A stretch of 63,410 nucleotides of DNA, counting the filler, from Bigelowiella natans CCMP2755 (lineage: Eukaryota; Protista; Cercozoa), in the NCBI GenBank assembly GCA_000320545.1. It is 6 parts of 6 records of this genome, joined end to end, with 100 filler letters (N's around TTAATTAATTAA, not from the genome) between each part and the next. Parts side by side here need not be neighbours in the genome. Positions count along the whole stretch, not along the records: positions 31,124 to 51,812 come from ADNK01000358.1; 5 more parts are not named here. One strand, given 5' to 3'. The notes under the pieces are model-generated. The model searched no databases. It worked only from the letters and a program-made list of their open reading frames with translations, and was not told the DNA's origin. The translations under genes and the position numbers were made by a program. Shown here piece after piece: positions 38,791 through 50,054 of the stretch. How positions within the stretch are numbered: the stretch's first letter is position 1; each line of letters opens with the position of its first letter.

Positions 38791-40149
38791 CTATCGCCAT
38801 GCATCCGCAACGGGATTTGTATTTGAATGCACTGGTGATTCGACCACATGATCACTTTCATCTTGTCTCCCCTCCTCCCTCAATGCTCTCACGGCGTCTC
38901 GAAGTCGGTGAGGGTCATCGACAGCTTCCACCGGACGATCTCTTGCTAGATAAGACGCCGGAACCCTCTCCTCTCGATCACCATCATCGTACTCTATCTG
39001 AAACGTACCGTCTGCGTTTGCCATATGAACGATTCCCCGGAAATAGCAACCCCCTTCATATCGGGACCAGACAGCCTCTCCCAGCCTCAAGTGTTCCGCG
39101 AGTCGCCATCGAAACGGCCATTCTTCTTTGGGAGTAACGAACGGCCTCATTCTTTGAGGGCGACGGGCACTCTCCACAACTACTACAGCTTCTAATGCGC
39201 CTTGAACTTTTGTTGATACCTGAGCGTCTGGATTCGGGGCGAAAGGGCTAGGTCCGTTGTTTTTCGGCGTCGCATATTGGCTACAGGGGTACATGTACTC
39301 GACAGGGAGGCGGCAAGGAGCAACAGGATGACCGATTCTGTCAAATTCAGAGTCGAGGAGTGTTAAGGCCTGATCAAATAATACGTGGAAGGAAGAGGTC
39401 CCATTAAAGAGTGTCACTTTCCCTCTCACCCATATGTACTCAGAGTGTTCCTCCATCTCGACCTTGACACGACGATGGAACGCGCAAAGAACAATCGCAC
39501 CCTCCTCCATGGGAAGTGGCTTGCTATCTAAGATGTAAAATTCTTTGCAATTCTGATGATCGCTGACTTTGCCCTCGTTTTCATCTTCATCGTTGAGTGA
39601 CACTGCGCAGTTGGTTTCACCATTGGCACGCTGGACGTCACTATGTCTTCTTTCAGCTTCATTGCTGTCCTTATACTTATCTCCATCTATATATGGATTA
39701 TTCTGGGCTCTAAGTTTTGACAAGGGAATCGTAAATCCTATCGTCTCGCGGTGTGGTTCCCACTGATGATTTTCGTCGACGCAGCTGTTATGGAGGTAAC
39801 CCATCGTGCACTTCCTCTCTTTCTCAAACTGCATGTGGATATACTGTTCAGGATCTATGGTTCTCTTCTCAGAAGCCACTGAGACACCAGCAACCCGTCC
39901 CTCGAGGTAGTAGCCGTATAAAGACTGCCTAAACGCCCTGGCTCCTTCCCATTTTTTTTCCTCGGCTATTTTCCGCTCGCAATCAATCGAGAAAGATGAG
40001 TTCTTAACCTTCTTAAGTAGCCTACGGAAATGTCCTTTCTTCATATGAGAACGGCATATGGTCTCTCGTCCGGTGTATGGGGAGCGTGTTGTGCAGAGGG
40101 GGGGTTCAGAGCCTGAAGCCACGTCGAGTGCGACGTTTCCTGTCTCCAT
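38791..40149 (-). CDS. Intronless Tudor-domain protein
   Basis: ~450-aa ORF, ATG 40149. C-terminal LGEAVWSRYEGGCYFRGIV...DGTFQIEYDDGDREERVP is a Tudor fold. A second degenerate Tudor-like segment reads EGAIVLC...WVRGKV...FHVLFD. Confidence 0.75.
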   Translation of the reverse strand: METGNVALDVASGSEPPLCTTRSPYTGRETICRSHMKKGHFRRLLKKVKNSSFSIDCERKIAEEKKWEGARAFRQSLYGYYLEGRVAGVSVASEKRTIDPEQYIHMQFEKERKCTMGYLHNSCVDENHQWEPHRETIGFTIPLSKLRAQNNPYIDGDKYKDSNEAERRHSDVQRANGETNCAVSLNDEDENEGKVSDHQNCKEFYILDSKPLPMEEGAIVLCAFHRRVKVEMEEHSEYIWVRGKVTLFNGTSSFHVLFDQALTLLDSEFDRIGHPVAPCRLPVEYMYPCSQYATPKNNGPSPFAPNPDAQVSTKVQGALEAVVVVESARRPQRMRPFVTPKEEWPFRWRLAEHLRLGEAVWSRYEGGCYFRGIVHMANADGTFQIEYDDGDREERVPASYLARDRPVEAVDDPHRLRDAVRALREEGRQDESDHVVESPVHSNTNPVADAWR

Positions 40150-40304
40150 TTTGTTGTGAGCACCTGCCAGTAGGTGGAAAATGACCAAAATTTTTCTTTT
40201 ACGCCATTAAAAAAAGCATGTCGCACGATCAAGTTTGTCAAATAGGAGAATTTTGTCATGTGAGTATTTATAATTTCGATACTTGCCAGAAATATTCTTT
40301 TCAA

Positions 40305-40377
40305 GCCCCACTGGCGTAATGGATAACGCGCCTGACTTCTAATCAGGAGATTCGGAGTTCAAGTCTCCGGTGGGGTG
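40305..40377 (+). tRNA. tRNA-Arg (anticodon UCU), intronless
   Basis: 73-nt cloverleaf: acceptor GCCCCAC/GTGGGGT, D stem GCGT/ACGC, anticodon stem CCTGA-CTTCTAA-TCAGG, T arm CGGAG-TTCAAGT-CTCCG. Followed by an oligo-T Pol III terminator. Confidence 0.97.
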
Positions 40378-40948
40378 TTTTTTGTCGATAGTCGTCGCAT
40401 GGGTGAGAATCCCCCTCTTTTTTCCTCTTTTTTTGCTTGTTTTTCCTCCACTTTTTTAGAGACAACTGCAAAGCATGGGAATATTGGAAAAATATCGCGA
40501 AGAGTCATGTCGTAGCCATGAAATTTGAGAACATGTGAAGAGTAATTACTACGCGACCAAAATTCTGGAAATTGTGCCGAAAAATCCCACGCATCACTGT
40601 AATCCCCGCCGTAATCCCATTGTGCTCATTGCATCCAGACTTTAATTCTTCCAATTCGGCGGGCCAGCGTCGAATTTTTTTTGAGAAAATGGACATAATT
40701 TGATGTCTTTAATAAATATCCACATCCGTTTGAGATTTGAGGAAAAGGTTTGTGCTGTTTTCAAAGACCAACTTACTCAGACACGGCGCAGCAAAAGGTC
40801 CCCCCCGTGATCTCCTTCCTCATGTGATTTCGAGAGGAGAAGCTGTTCAATCCACCTGTTGGATTCATATTTCCTGCTTACTCGTTACTTAATTAATTTC
40901 GTCTATGCATTTATCCAAAGTGATGGCAATATCCTGCTTTCAGGCACC

Positions 40949-43900
40949 ATGCCGACCGTGAATGTGCTGCGAGACAAGCTATTCGAGTTACTCGAAGTCG
41001 AAGAAAAATTCGGTGAGTTTTCTCCATAGCTCTGTTTTTAGATTATATAGGTGATATCAAGTGTGTTTAATTTGGAGTGGAGCACAAAGATTAATCCCCG
41101 AGCTATGGATATTAAGGCTCTGTCGATCTTCTTGAATGTGTAGACTCCGATAAATTGCAAGATGAGTGGTTCGAAAATCTCTGCTTTGAGTTTGGCATTG
41201 AGCTTGACGATGTGGTAAGTGATGTCACGTAATAGCCATAGTGCATAAACGATTTTCAGCAGGCAGAACGCAAAACCAATCCTAACACAACAATGCTTAG
41301 ACATCTGAGAAGGAGATGAAGGAGAAACAGATGGGCGAAGCGAGTGGCGAAGGTTGTGACCACCTCGAGCCTAACTCCCCAACTTTATCGTTTGATTGAA
41401 CTTCTTCCTTTCTCCTTCGTAGGTCTTTCAGAGGATGTCATATATAAAATCGAAGTCCCAGCAAACCGCTACGATTTGCTATGCCTCGAGGGGATCGTTA
41501 GCTCTCTCCGGTATTATTAACTCACACAAGTCGAAAACTATCGTGTCGTATCAACGCACTCATATCTACGTCGTCATCTTCAATGGATTAAATCAGAATT
41601 TTCCTGGGCAAGGACTTGAAGCCCGAGTTCACCGTAAACACACCACAGCCATCGGATATCATCGAGATCACAGTGAAGAAGGAGGTGGGATAATAGGACG
41701 CAATCAACCATGAATGATATTTGTAAAATCATGCTGCTCGCAATCAACCATGAATGATATTTGTAAAATCATGCTGCTCCTATGCGAACTTATGTCTCCC
41801 GCCTATGTTCTCCGCTCAATTCACAGACGCAGCAAATCCGACCCTTCGTAGTATGTGCAGTGCTGAGGAACGTTACCTTCGATCAGATGCGGTACATCAA
41901 CAGTTATTTTTCTTCTTATAAAGGATGTATCAATTAGTTCTACGTTACACCGAAGAAATAGAGGCAAGCCATTTCCCCCCACATATATCGATTAGACCAA
42001 AGGAATCATATTCTTGGTTTAGTTCTGTTTCTCATCTCCCCTATTTCTGAAACAGGTACAAAAGCTTCATCGATCTGCAGGACAAGCTCCATACGAATAT
42101 TTGTCGGCAGCGCACTCTAGTAGCCATCGGGACACACGACTTAGACACCCTCAAACCGCCCTTCACGTATGAGGTATAGAGCGAAAACAAAGATGAGACA
42201 AACGCTAGCATTTCGTGTTACTTTGGGGTAGTTACGGATGAAAGCTTAGAGGAGGATATGGATCATCCTCATCACCATCATTATCATCATCATCATCATC
42301 ATCATCATTATCGTCATCACCAATCCTCTTCCTCCTAATCATCAGGCACTGCCACCGAAGGACATCAAATTCAAGCCGCTGAACGAAGAGAAGGAATTCA
42401 CGGGCGAAACGCTCTTCCCGTACTACGAAACCAAGGAAAACTGCAAACTGAAGCCCTTCCTCAAGATTATTGATAAGTCACCGGTTTATCCTGGTAATAT
42501 TCTAGCCATGAGACGAAAGCAGTCGTGAGTGAGTACGTGAACGAGGGGCAATGCTGGTTGCTCCTCGTCGCTACTACATATCTTCGCTGCAGCCGAAAAG
42601 CTACACACCACCCGCGTACACTCCCGAATATAACGCCCAGCAGCGTGCAGACGCATTGAAAGAGGCTTTTGAACGGCACCATCCAATGATGATTTGAAAT
42701 GGCTGAATATTGTCATGACGACGAAAAAGCATTAATAGAGACTACGACGATCTGAGGATTCGCACTGCTGCTTTACGGGCTCTCATGCCTCCCCCCCCCC
42801 CCTTTTCCCCCCTTGCAAAGACGTGATTGTGTTGTTGCTTCCTACTTTCTTTGTTTCCTTTTCTCTTTCTCTGCGTGTGCGTGTGCGCGTGTGTGTGTAT
42901 TTGTAATGCTAAAACAGTGATATACGATTCGTCGCGGGTGGTGTGCTCGCTCCCGCCGATTATCAATGGCGACCACTCAAAGATCAGACTCGATACAAAG
43001 AATGTGTTCATCGAGTGCACGGCCACGGACCACACCAAGGTTACCTATCTATCGATGCTATCCTTCTTACTGTCGTAGTTTGCCTGCTTGCGCGGTTATG
43101 AAGCACGCCGCGTCTTGCCATCGTAGCGTAGCATATCCGCGTGGAACATGCATCAAAACACACACACAAAACGAATCGTTCTCTTCATCACCTCCTCCTC
43201 CTCCCCCCCCCCTCCTTTTCGCAGGCCAACATAGTTCTCAACACCGTGGTGGCGATGTTCTCCCGGTACTGCTCGGAGCCTTTTAGCGTAGAGTCGGTCC
43301 GGGTGACGTACGAGGAGGGAGGGGCGCGACCCGAGACGCCAGCAGCGCTGTACCCCCAGATGGGCTCGGTCAAGTTTGAAACGGAGGCAAAATACATCAA
43401 CAGCCGCATCGGCATCGATATCAAGGCGGAGGACATGGCGAAGCTGCTGACGCGAATGTCGCTCCCTGCCAAAGGTGCCGTGCCCCCCCACCATCCCCCT
43501 CTCCGCTCTCGCGGTTGGCTATTGGTAGTGGCGCGGGGAGACAGAAATTCACGAGATTCCTAGTGTTTCTCAACGATCCTAGTACCCTGTCACTCTCCGC
43601 CTCCGCGGACGTTCTTTCTTCTTCTTCTTTCTTCTTCTTGAAAATGAAGAGAGAAGACCAATGATGACATCGAGAACATATTTTAGTAGATAGAGACATC
43701 TGAACATCATTGCAGATAACCCTCTTTTGTCTGAGGAAAAGAACCATAATATATCACTGATTGATTGATCATCGGTGCAAGTTGCGTTATTGCGAGATTG
43801 ATGACCGACGAATTGGTGTTTGTGTATCTTTTGTATTTCGATGTTCTCTTCTCCTCCTCCTCCCCCCCCCCCCCCCCTTCCCTCCTGGGAACCAGTGACG

Positions 43901-45413
43901 GATGCTAAGACTGGGAGATTGGAGGTAACTTTTAAGCCATGATATGTGCATTTATCTGGAAATATATCAGAAGTCCCACACCATTCCCTTTGAAATGATG
44001 GGAGAACATATGATAGAAATCAATGCCGGTTTCAACTGAACTCTTCCCCAACGATCACGAAGTCTGCCTGCCTCCTCCTCCTCCTCCTCCTCTTTCTCTC
44101 CTCCTCTTTCTCCTTCTCTCCTTCCTTTCTTCTTCTTACACACTGCTTTCTCGTACCGCACCAGGTTCTGGCCCCTTGCACAAGAAGTGATATTCTTCAC
44201 CCCTGCGACATCATGGAGGACGTAGCCATCGCATATGGTAGTAGTAGTAGTAGTAGCAGCAGTTGTTGTTGTTGTAGGTAGGTATGTAGTAGTTGTATCC
44301 GTGGAGGTGCTAGTAGTAGTAAGTAGTAAGTCCACAGTTAATCCAAGCATTCACCCCCATCTCTCACCGGCCACCATTGATCACCGTCGATAGCCATTTC
44401 CACTCACTCTCAAAATCCGTTGCGTTGTGTGCCCGAAGGATACAACAAGATCGCCAAGCTAGTGCCGAAGACCTTCACCGTCGCGGCGCAGCAGCCGATA
44501 AACAAATTCACGGAGCTCACGAGAGGACTTTTGTCCCAAGCAGGGTGATGATGATGACGATGATGATGACGACGACGATTTTTTAGCAGCCTTGAGCACA
44601 AGACAACGTGTCAAAAGCTCTGATGTTTGACGAGTGCGATGTCGCAGCACTGCATGATGAAATCATTAGTGTTCCACTATATCGTTAAAATTTTGTCCCC
44701 CCCTCCCCCCTCCTTTCCACACTCTGTTTTGAAGTTATTCCGTCTTTGAACACCAATCGCCACATCATCATCATCATCACCATCATCATCATCCTCCTCC
44801 TCAATCCCCTCTCACACCACCTCTGCGCAGGTATATGGAAGTCCTGACCTTCGCTTTGTGCACGCACGATGAGATCTTCGAGAACATCAAAGTCAGGGAC
44901 GAGAAGAAGACCGCTGTCTCGGTACTGTGCCCTGCCTCCTCTTCCTGATGGGAAAGGGTGGGAGCGATGGGAGAGGGGGGGGAAAGACGAGGAGAAGCAT
45001 CTTGCCGCTGCAGGCTGACCTGACATTGGAATGGGGGTGGTGTTGGATGATGTGATTAGCTAGCGAATCCTCGTGTAAAGGGCTTCACGATGGTGAGAAC
45101 GATGCTGCTCCCCGGTCTGCTGAAAACCATAGCAGAGTCGTCGAGCTACCCAAAGCCCATCAGGATTTTCGAGGTAGTAGTAGTAGTAGTGGTAGAATAG
45201 TATCTCTTCTGGTGATGCTGGTGCTTAGGGTGGTGGGGGCAGTAACGTCGTCGTCATCGTCGTCGTGTGCTGTGATATGTAATGTGCGTGCGCGTGATTG
45301 GAAAAGACAAAATCGTAATGGACGACCCAAAAGTTAGAACGGTTAGAAGGACAGTTGCTGTCCGTGGTCGTTATACAGTGCTAATACCGTTCTCCTCTCC
45401 CCCTCCTCCATTT

Positions 45414-45461
<48 letters not shown>

Positions 45462-45591
45462 CTTGTGTGGCGGTATTATCAGGTTTCGGACGTAGTTTTC
45501 CTAGACGATTCGACAGAGACGGGTGCACGCAATGAGAGGCATCTGTGCGCGGTCGGTCTCCACCCATTATACGACACACACACATACACAC

Positions 45592-45623
<32 letters not shown>

Positions 45624-46267
45624 GCGCGCGCGTGTAGGCAGAACAGATTTGGGACATTCGATTTGTTGTGGCCACCACCATTCACATTTCTCTGTCTTGC
45701 CTAAAAATCCACAGATGTGGTGCGACACCAAGTCCGGTTTGGAGAACATACAGTCACTGCTCAGACGCATCATGGAGGCCAACGGAGTTGGTTGGGCGGG
45801 AGGTAACAAAAGTGCTATTACCGGTGTTGATGGTGATGCTGATGGCGAGATAGAGTTAATACAAATCTGATGTACACTGATGATAGTGTACTGTTACATG
45901 ATCTTTGCTAGGTAAACCAAAAGGATATTCCCTGCGTGATTCATCGTCGGAGACATTCTTCAAAGGCCGCCGAGCTGACATTCTTGTGGATGGAGAGGTA
46001 GTGGCGAAGACGAATAGTTTCCGTGCGGAAACGTTCTGCAATAGACATAATCTCGCATTCCTCTGCATGCTATCTTCGTTTTCATGCATAAACCACATTT
46101 TTCTCTTTCCCCTCCATTCACACATGATTTGTGTCCGATAGGTCATAGGCACTCTTGGGATTTTGCATCCGGAAGTTTTGTCCAACTTTGGTATTAAGTC
46201 TCCATGTTCAGCGCTCGAGATTAATATTGAAGGGCTCTGCACACGCGTGCAGCAAAAGCTGTCGTAA
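40949..46267 (+). CDS. FARSB: Cytosolic phenylalanyl-tRNA synthetase beta subunit, about 20 exons
   Basis: MPTVNV start. Exons encode [79 protein letters not shown]...[48 protein letters not shown] and [14 protein letters not shown] at 46265-46267. Confidence 0.97.
41699..41779 (+). repeat. Perfect 40-bp tandem duplication in a FARSB intron
   Basis: CGCAATCAACCATGAATGATATTTGTAAAATCATGCTGCT x2. Confidence 0.95.
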
Positions 46268-47731
46268 CGCTGAATTTAGCGAAATATGAATGTTCACGAA
46301 TGGTCTTCATCGACTATAGCAATGCTAGAATGACTAGATCTAGAGATGGCCGTCGATGAATCATGGTTCCTAATGCTAGCTAGCTATGCACATGCGTATG
46401 CGCAAGGACACACTCTTCGGTGTCAACAATGTGACTGACTGGATGTGCAGTCTAGCTGTGATTGTGCTGCTGCATGTCATGCTAGCATGTATGACATGCA
46501 CGTCTACTAGACGCACGTCCTAGCAGCTAGCTAGTTAGGTCAACACGTGCGCATGTCTAGATGTGCATGAATCATTGCATGCTTGCATGAGCCATCTAGC
46601 TGTCTAGCTGTGGACACAGCTAGCTAGATAGCAGCACATGTTGCATGATGTTGCATGACGGGTCACCTGCTCGCCCTCGTGCAATCAATTCAAAAACTTG
46701 ACACAATGACCTGCTGTCAGCAATGATGAAGGTCTAGAGGTGCATGCAGGCTAGCAGGTTGGCAGGCAAGCTAGCAAGCTAGCAAGGTGGTGAAGCACAC
46801 AGCTAGCTGCTGACAAGCTGAACAGTGTGGATGAATCATGCCATGGCAGGATGACCAGCGGGCATGCACAGTCGCCAGTGGTGCTGCGCTGTGTGTTCGA
46901 TGCACAAATGCGCGCATCGATCGCTGTTCAACACTTGCAGCACCACGTAGCGCACAGGAGGAACAGACAAACACAACTGAGCAGTCATGCTGGCATGGCA
47001 GTTGCAGGCGAGCCGCTTTGCATCGTTCATTGATGATTCATTGACAACGGACCTTGAATCATTCATGAGAACAATGATGAAAAACTGCACTTCCCAAGTG
47101 TGACAAGACACTTGCAATGTGCGAAATGCAGTGCCTCGAACTGGCTAGACAAGTCTGTGCTTGACCGGGGATGGCATCAAACGAGGCCGTTTTTTTACGG
47201 AATATTCGCATATATTATTGTCGCAGGAATGGAATCCCATGGAAACTAAGTGAGAGAGGACCACGCGAGCCGGCGAGGCAGAACCCACTCTTGTGTTCTT
47301 CTGGGCACGGCCGGGGAGCCGCCACCCCCCATCATATTGATTCCAGTGACTTGAATTCTGCTTTTCTTCTACGCACAACCTCCTGCGAAGCGCCCCTAAT
47401 CAACGAAATTGTGTCGCACCTCCGCTCGGGCCATTGCATTCGGAAAACTTTCAGGTGAGATCGGAACAGCATCAAGTGGGATATAGAGGTGTCTTTTTTG
47501 CAGAGGCGGAGACGTGTAATGGCATGCATTTAAAATCCCTAGTCGCCTCTGCGCGCGCAAATTCGCAAATTGTGTAGTTATTATCGCCCAGTTCTTGCTG
47601 ACTTCCGTAGGCCTGCATGAGGCCCGCATGTGAGCTTTCTTTCTCCAACTGACGCCATCTGTATTCGTGAATGATTTTAGAAGAGGCTTTATATATTCCT
47701 ATTCCAGTATCGGCATCATCCTGCTCACGTC

Positions 47732-48575
47732 ATGCCGGCAAATTCGAGGGCTTATTCGTATTCGTCTACCAAATATTTGGGCGTGTCCAGACGCGGGAAT
47801 AAGTTCCAAGCGCAGATATATCACAACGGCGAGAATATGTACATCGGAAGTTTCGAAACAATTGAGGAAGCTGCAAGGTAACCACCACAAATGACACACC
47901 TGCGTCTTCACCTCCGCCCCACGATTGAATAGCTTTCGTCATCCATTGTGAAATTGTTGTGTAGAATGTACAACCAGCGCGCCAAGGCGTATGGAAAAAC
48001 CAAGATAAACAAGCTTCCCGATGATACTCCTGGTGATGCTGCTAGGAAGCCCACTTCAAGCACCTCGAAAAAGAGCTCAGGCCAAAAGAGAGGCCGGGGA
48101 GGGGGCAGCGGGGCCACCACGAATGCTGCGAAGAAGATCAGCAAGCTCTCGAGGACAAAATCGATCTCCTTGAAAAAAGAATCTGGCACCATAGGAGATT
48201 CAGGGTTATCTTCGAGTAGCGGCCGGAAAAAAGCCGGCAGGGCCAATAAGCGCTTCAAAAAGCCTGTAAAGACAAAGTATATTGGCGTGCGGCAGGTAGG
48301 ACCTAGACGCTTCTCCGCGCAGTTGAGTCACAGGGGGGGGACGAAAATGCTGGGCGTGTACTCTACTGCAAAGGCAGCGGCAAGGTTGTTCCATTCAAAC
48401 GCATCATTTGTTCACCGTACATTAACGCTGCTACGCACATGTTCGTGACGTCCATCAAGAAGGGGGTCAGAGAGTATCATGAGAAACAGGACCTTCCTTC
48501 ACGTCGACTTTAGCCCCCTCACTCCCCTCTCTGAACAACAAGCTCACACGCCTAACTTCTCCCCCCCTTTTGGGA

Positions 48576-48624
<49 letters not shown>

Positions 48625-49236
48625 GGATTTACAACAAAGCAGCGATTAAACTTGGAAGGACGAACATCAACCACTTCCCGTCAGACAGCAGGAATGCGAA
48701 GAAGCGGCAGAGCGGCAGGGAAGATGAGCTGATAGAGGACGACGACGATGACGATGACGACGAGGAGGAGGACGAGCACGAGGAGCGAAACGGAGGAAGA
48801 TCCACCGGTGGACCCGAATATTTGCTGATCGATGATGATGACGACGTCGACGGTGGTGGTGGCCGTGGTGATAATGGGGGGGACAAGAGAAACCGCAGCA
48901 ACGGCCGCGAGAACGACGACCGGGAAGAAGAAGTAGGAGAGAAGGCCATCGCGAAGAGGCGCTCCACCGCGACTGGAACTACTACTGCTGCTGCTGCAAA
49001 TGGAAGCAGCGGTAGTAGTAGTAAGAGAAGTGCCCCCTTGCCGTGGAGCCGATACAAGCCAACGATAAAGAAGCTCGAAAGAGAGTTCCATCGGCAGATC
49101 GGCCAGGAAGCATGGGAGAGGGTCGGTCATGTGGTAATACATCCATCGCTTGCAACCCCCATCCGTAGCAATGTGTATGGATATTATAATTGTTATTATA
49201 CAAAGTTTAAACATAGATACAAAAATTAAAATAAAA

Positions 49237-49302
<66 letters not shown>

Positions 49303-49317
49303 TTAATTAGTGTGTGC

Positions 49318-49368
<51 letters not shown>

Positions 49369-49610
49369 ATAATCGAGCATCCTTCCATAGCTCATCCATC
49401 TTCATCGGTACCTGTGTCATTTTATTTTATTTCTATTTTTGTTGCTGCTTTGTCTCAGTTGGAGAAAGAACATATTGGTATAGACGTCATTCACGTTTGC
49501 TCAGAAGCGGAATTCAAGGTCAACAGAGCGTGGATCATGAACTCACCGCGCGCACACACACACCAACATCACACCACATCACATCACATCACATCACATC
49601 GCATCGCATC

Positions 49611-49655
<45 letters not shown>

Positions 49656-49809
49656 TGTGGTATGTAGGGTGGTTTGTTCTTTTTAATGACACAACGTGCA
49701 ATAATTAATAAGCATGTGTGGTTCTCAGGAGATAGGGCTCAGAATCGGGGACCGCAAGCGCATATTGAAAGCGGTAAAAATCATGACGGAAAAGGGACTC
49801 ATCATTTGA
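47732..49809 (+). CDS. Transcription factor with two AP2/ERF domains and a C-terminal SAM-like domain
   Basis: AP2 #1 STKYLGVSRRGNKFQAQIYHNGENMYIGSFETIEEAAR/MYNQRA. AP2 #2 TKYIGVRQVGPRRFSAQLSHRGGTKMLGVYSTAKAAAR/IYNKAA. Acidic linker, then LEKEHIGIDVIHVCSEAEFK/EIGLRIGDRKRILKAV, TGA 49807-49809. Start is tentative. Confidence 0.85.
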
Positions 49810-50054
49810 TCTTTGGCCCATTAGCCACATGTTGACCACATACATGTGAGAACGCATACGTCTAAGCGTATGATAGAATCAACTGCACAGTTACATGCTA
49901 AACGTGTTCAATGTAGACACAGTAATACAATACACAATATATGTATATGTACATACAGAAAAATTGAATTACATGTCTATGTGTACAATCTCTGCCAATG
50001 TGTCTAGTTGGATTCCAATGCTGCGTTGTCCCTTTTTTCTTGTACTGGTCGTCA

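Noticed and set aside
46321-47160. CpG deamination or classical RIP as the cause of TG/CA richness
   Set aside because: CpG remains common and TpA is the missing dinucleotide; RIP would increase TpA.
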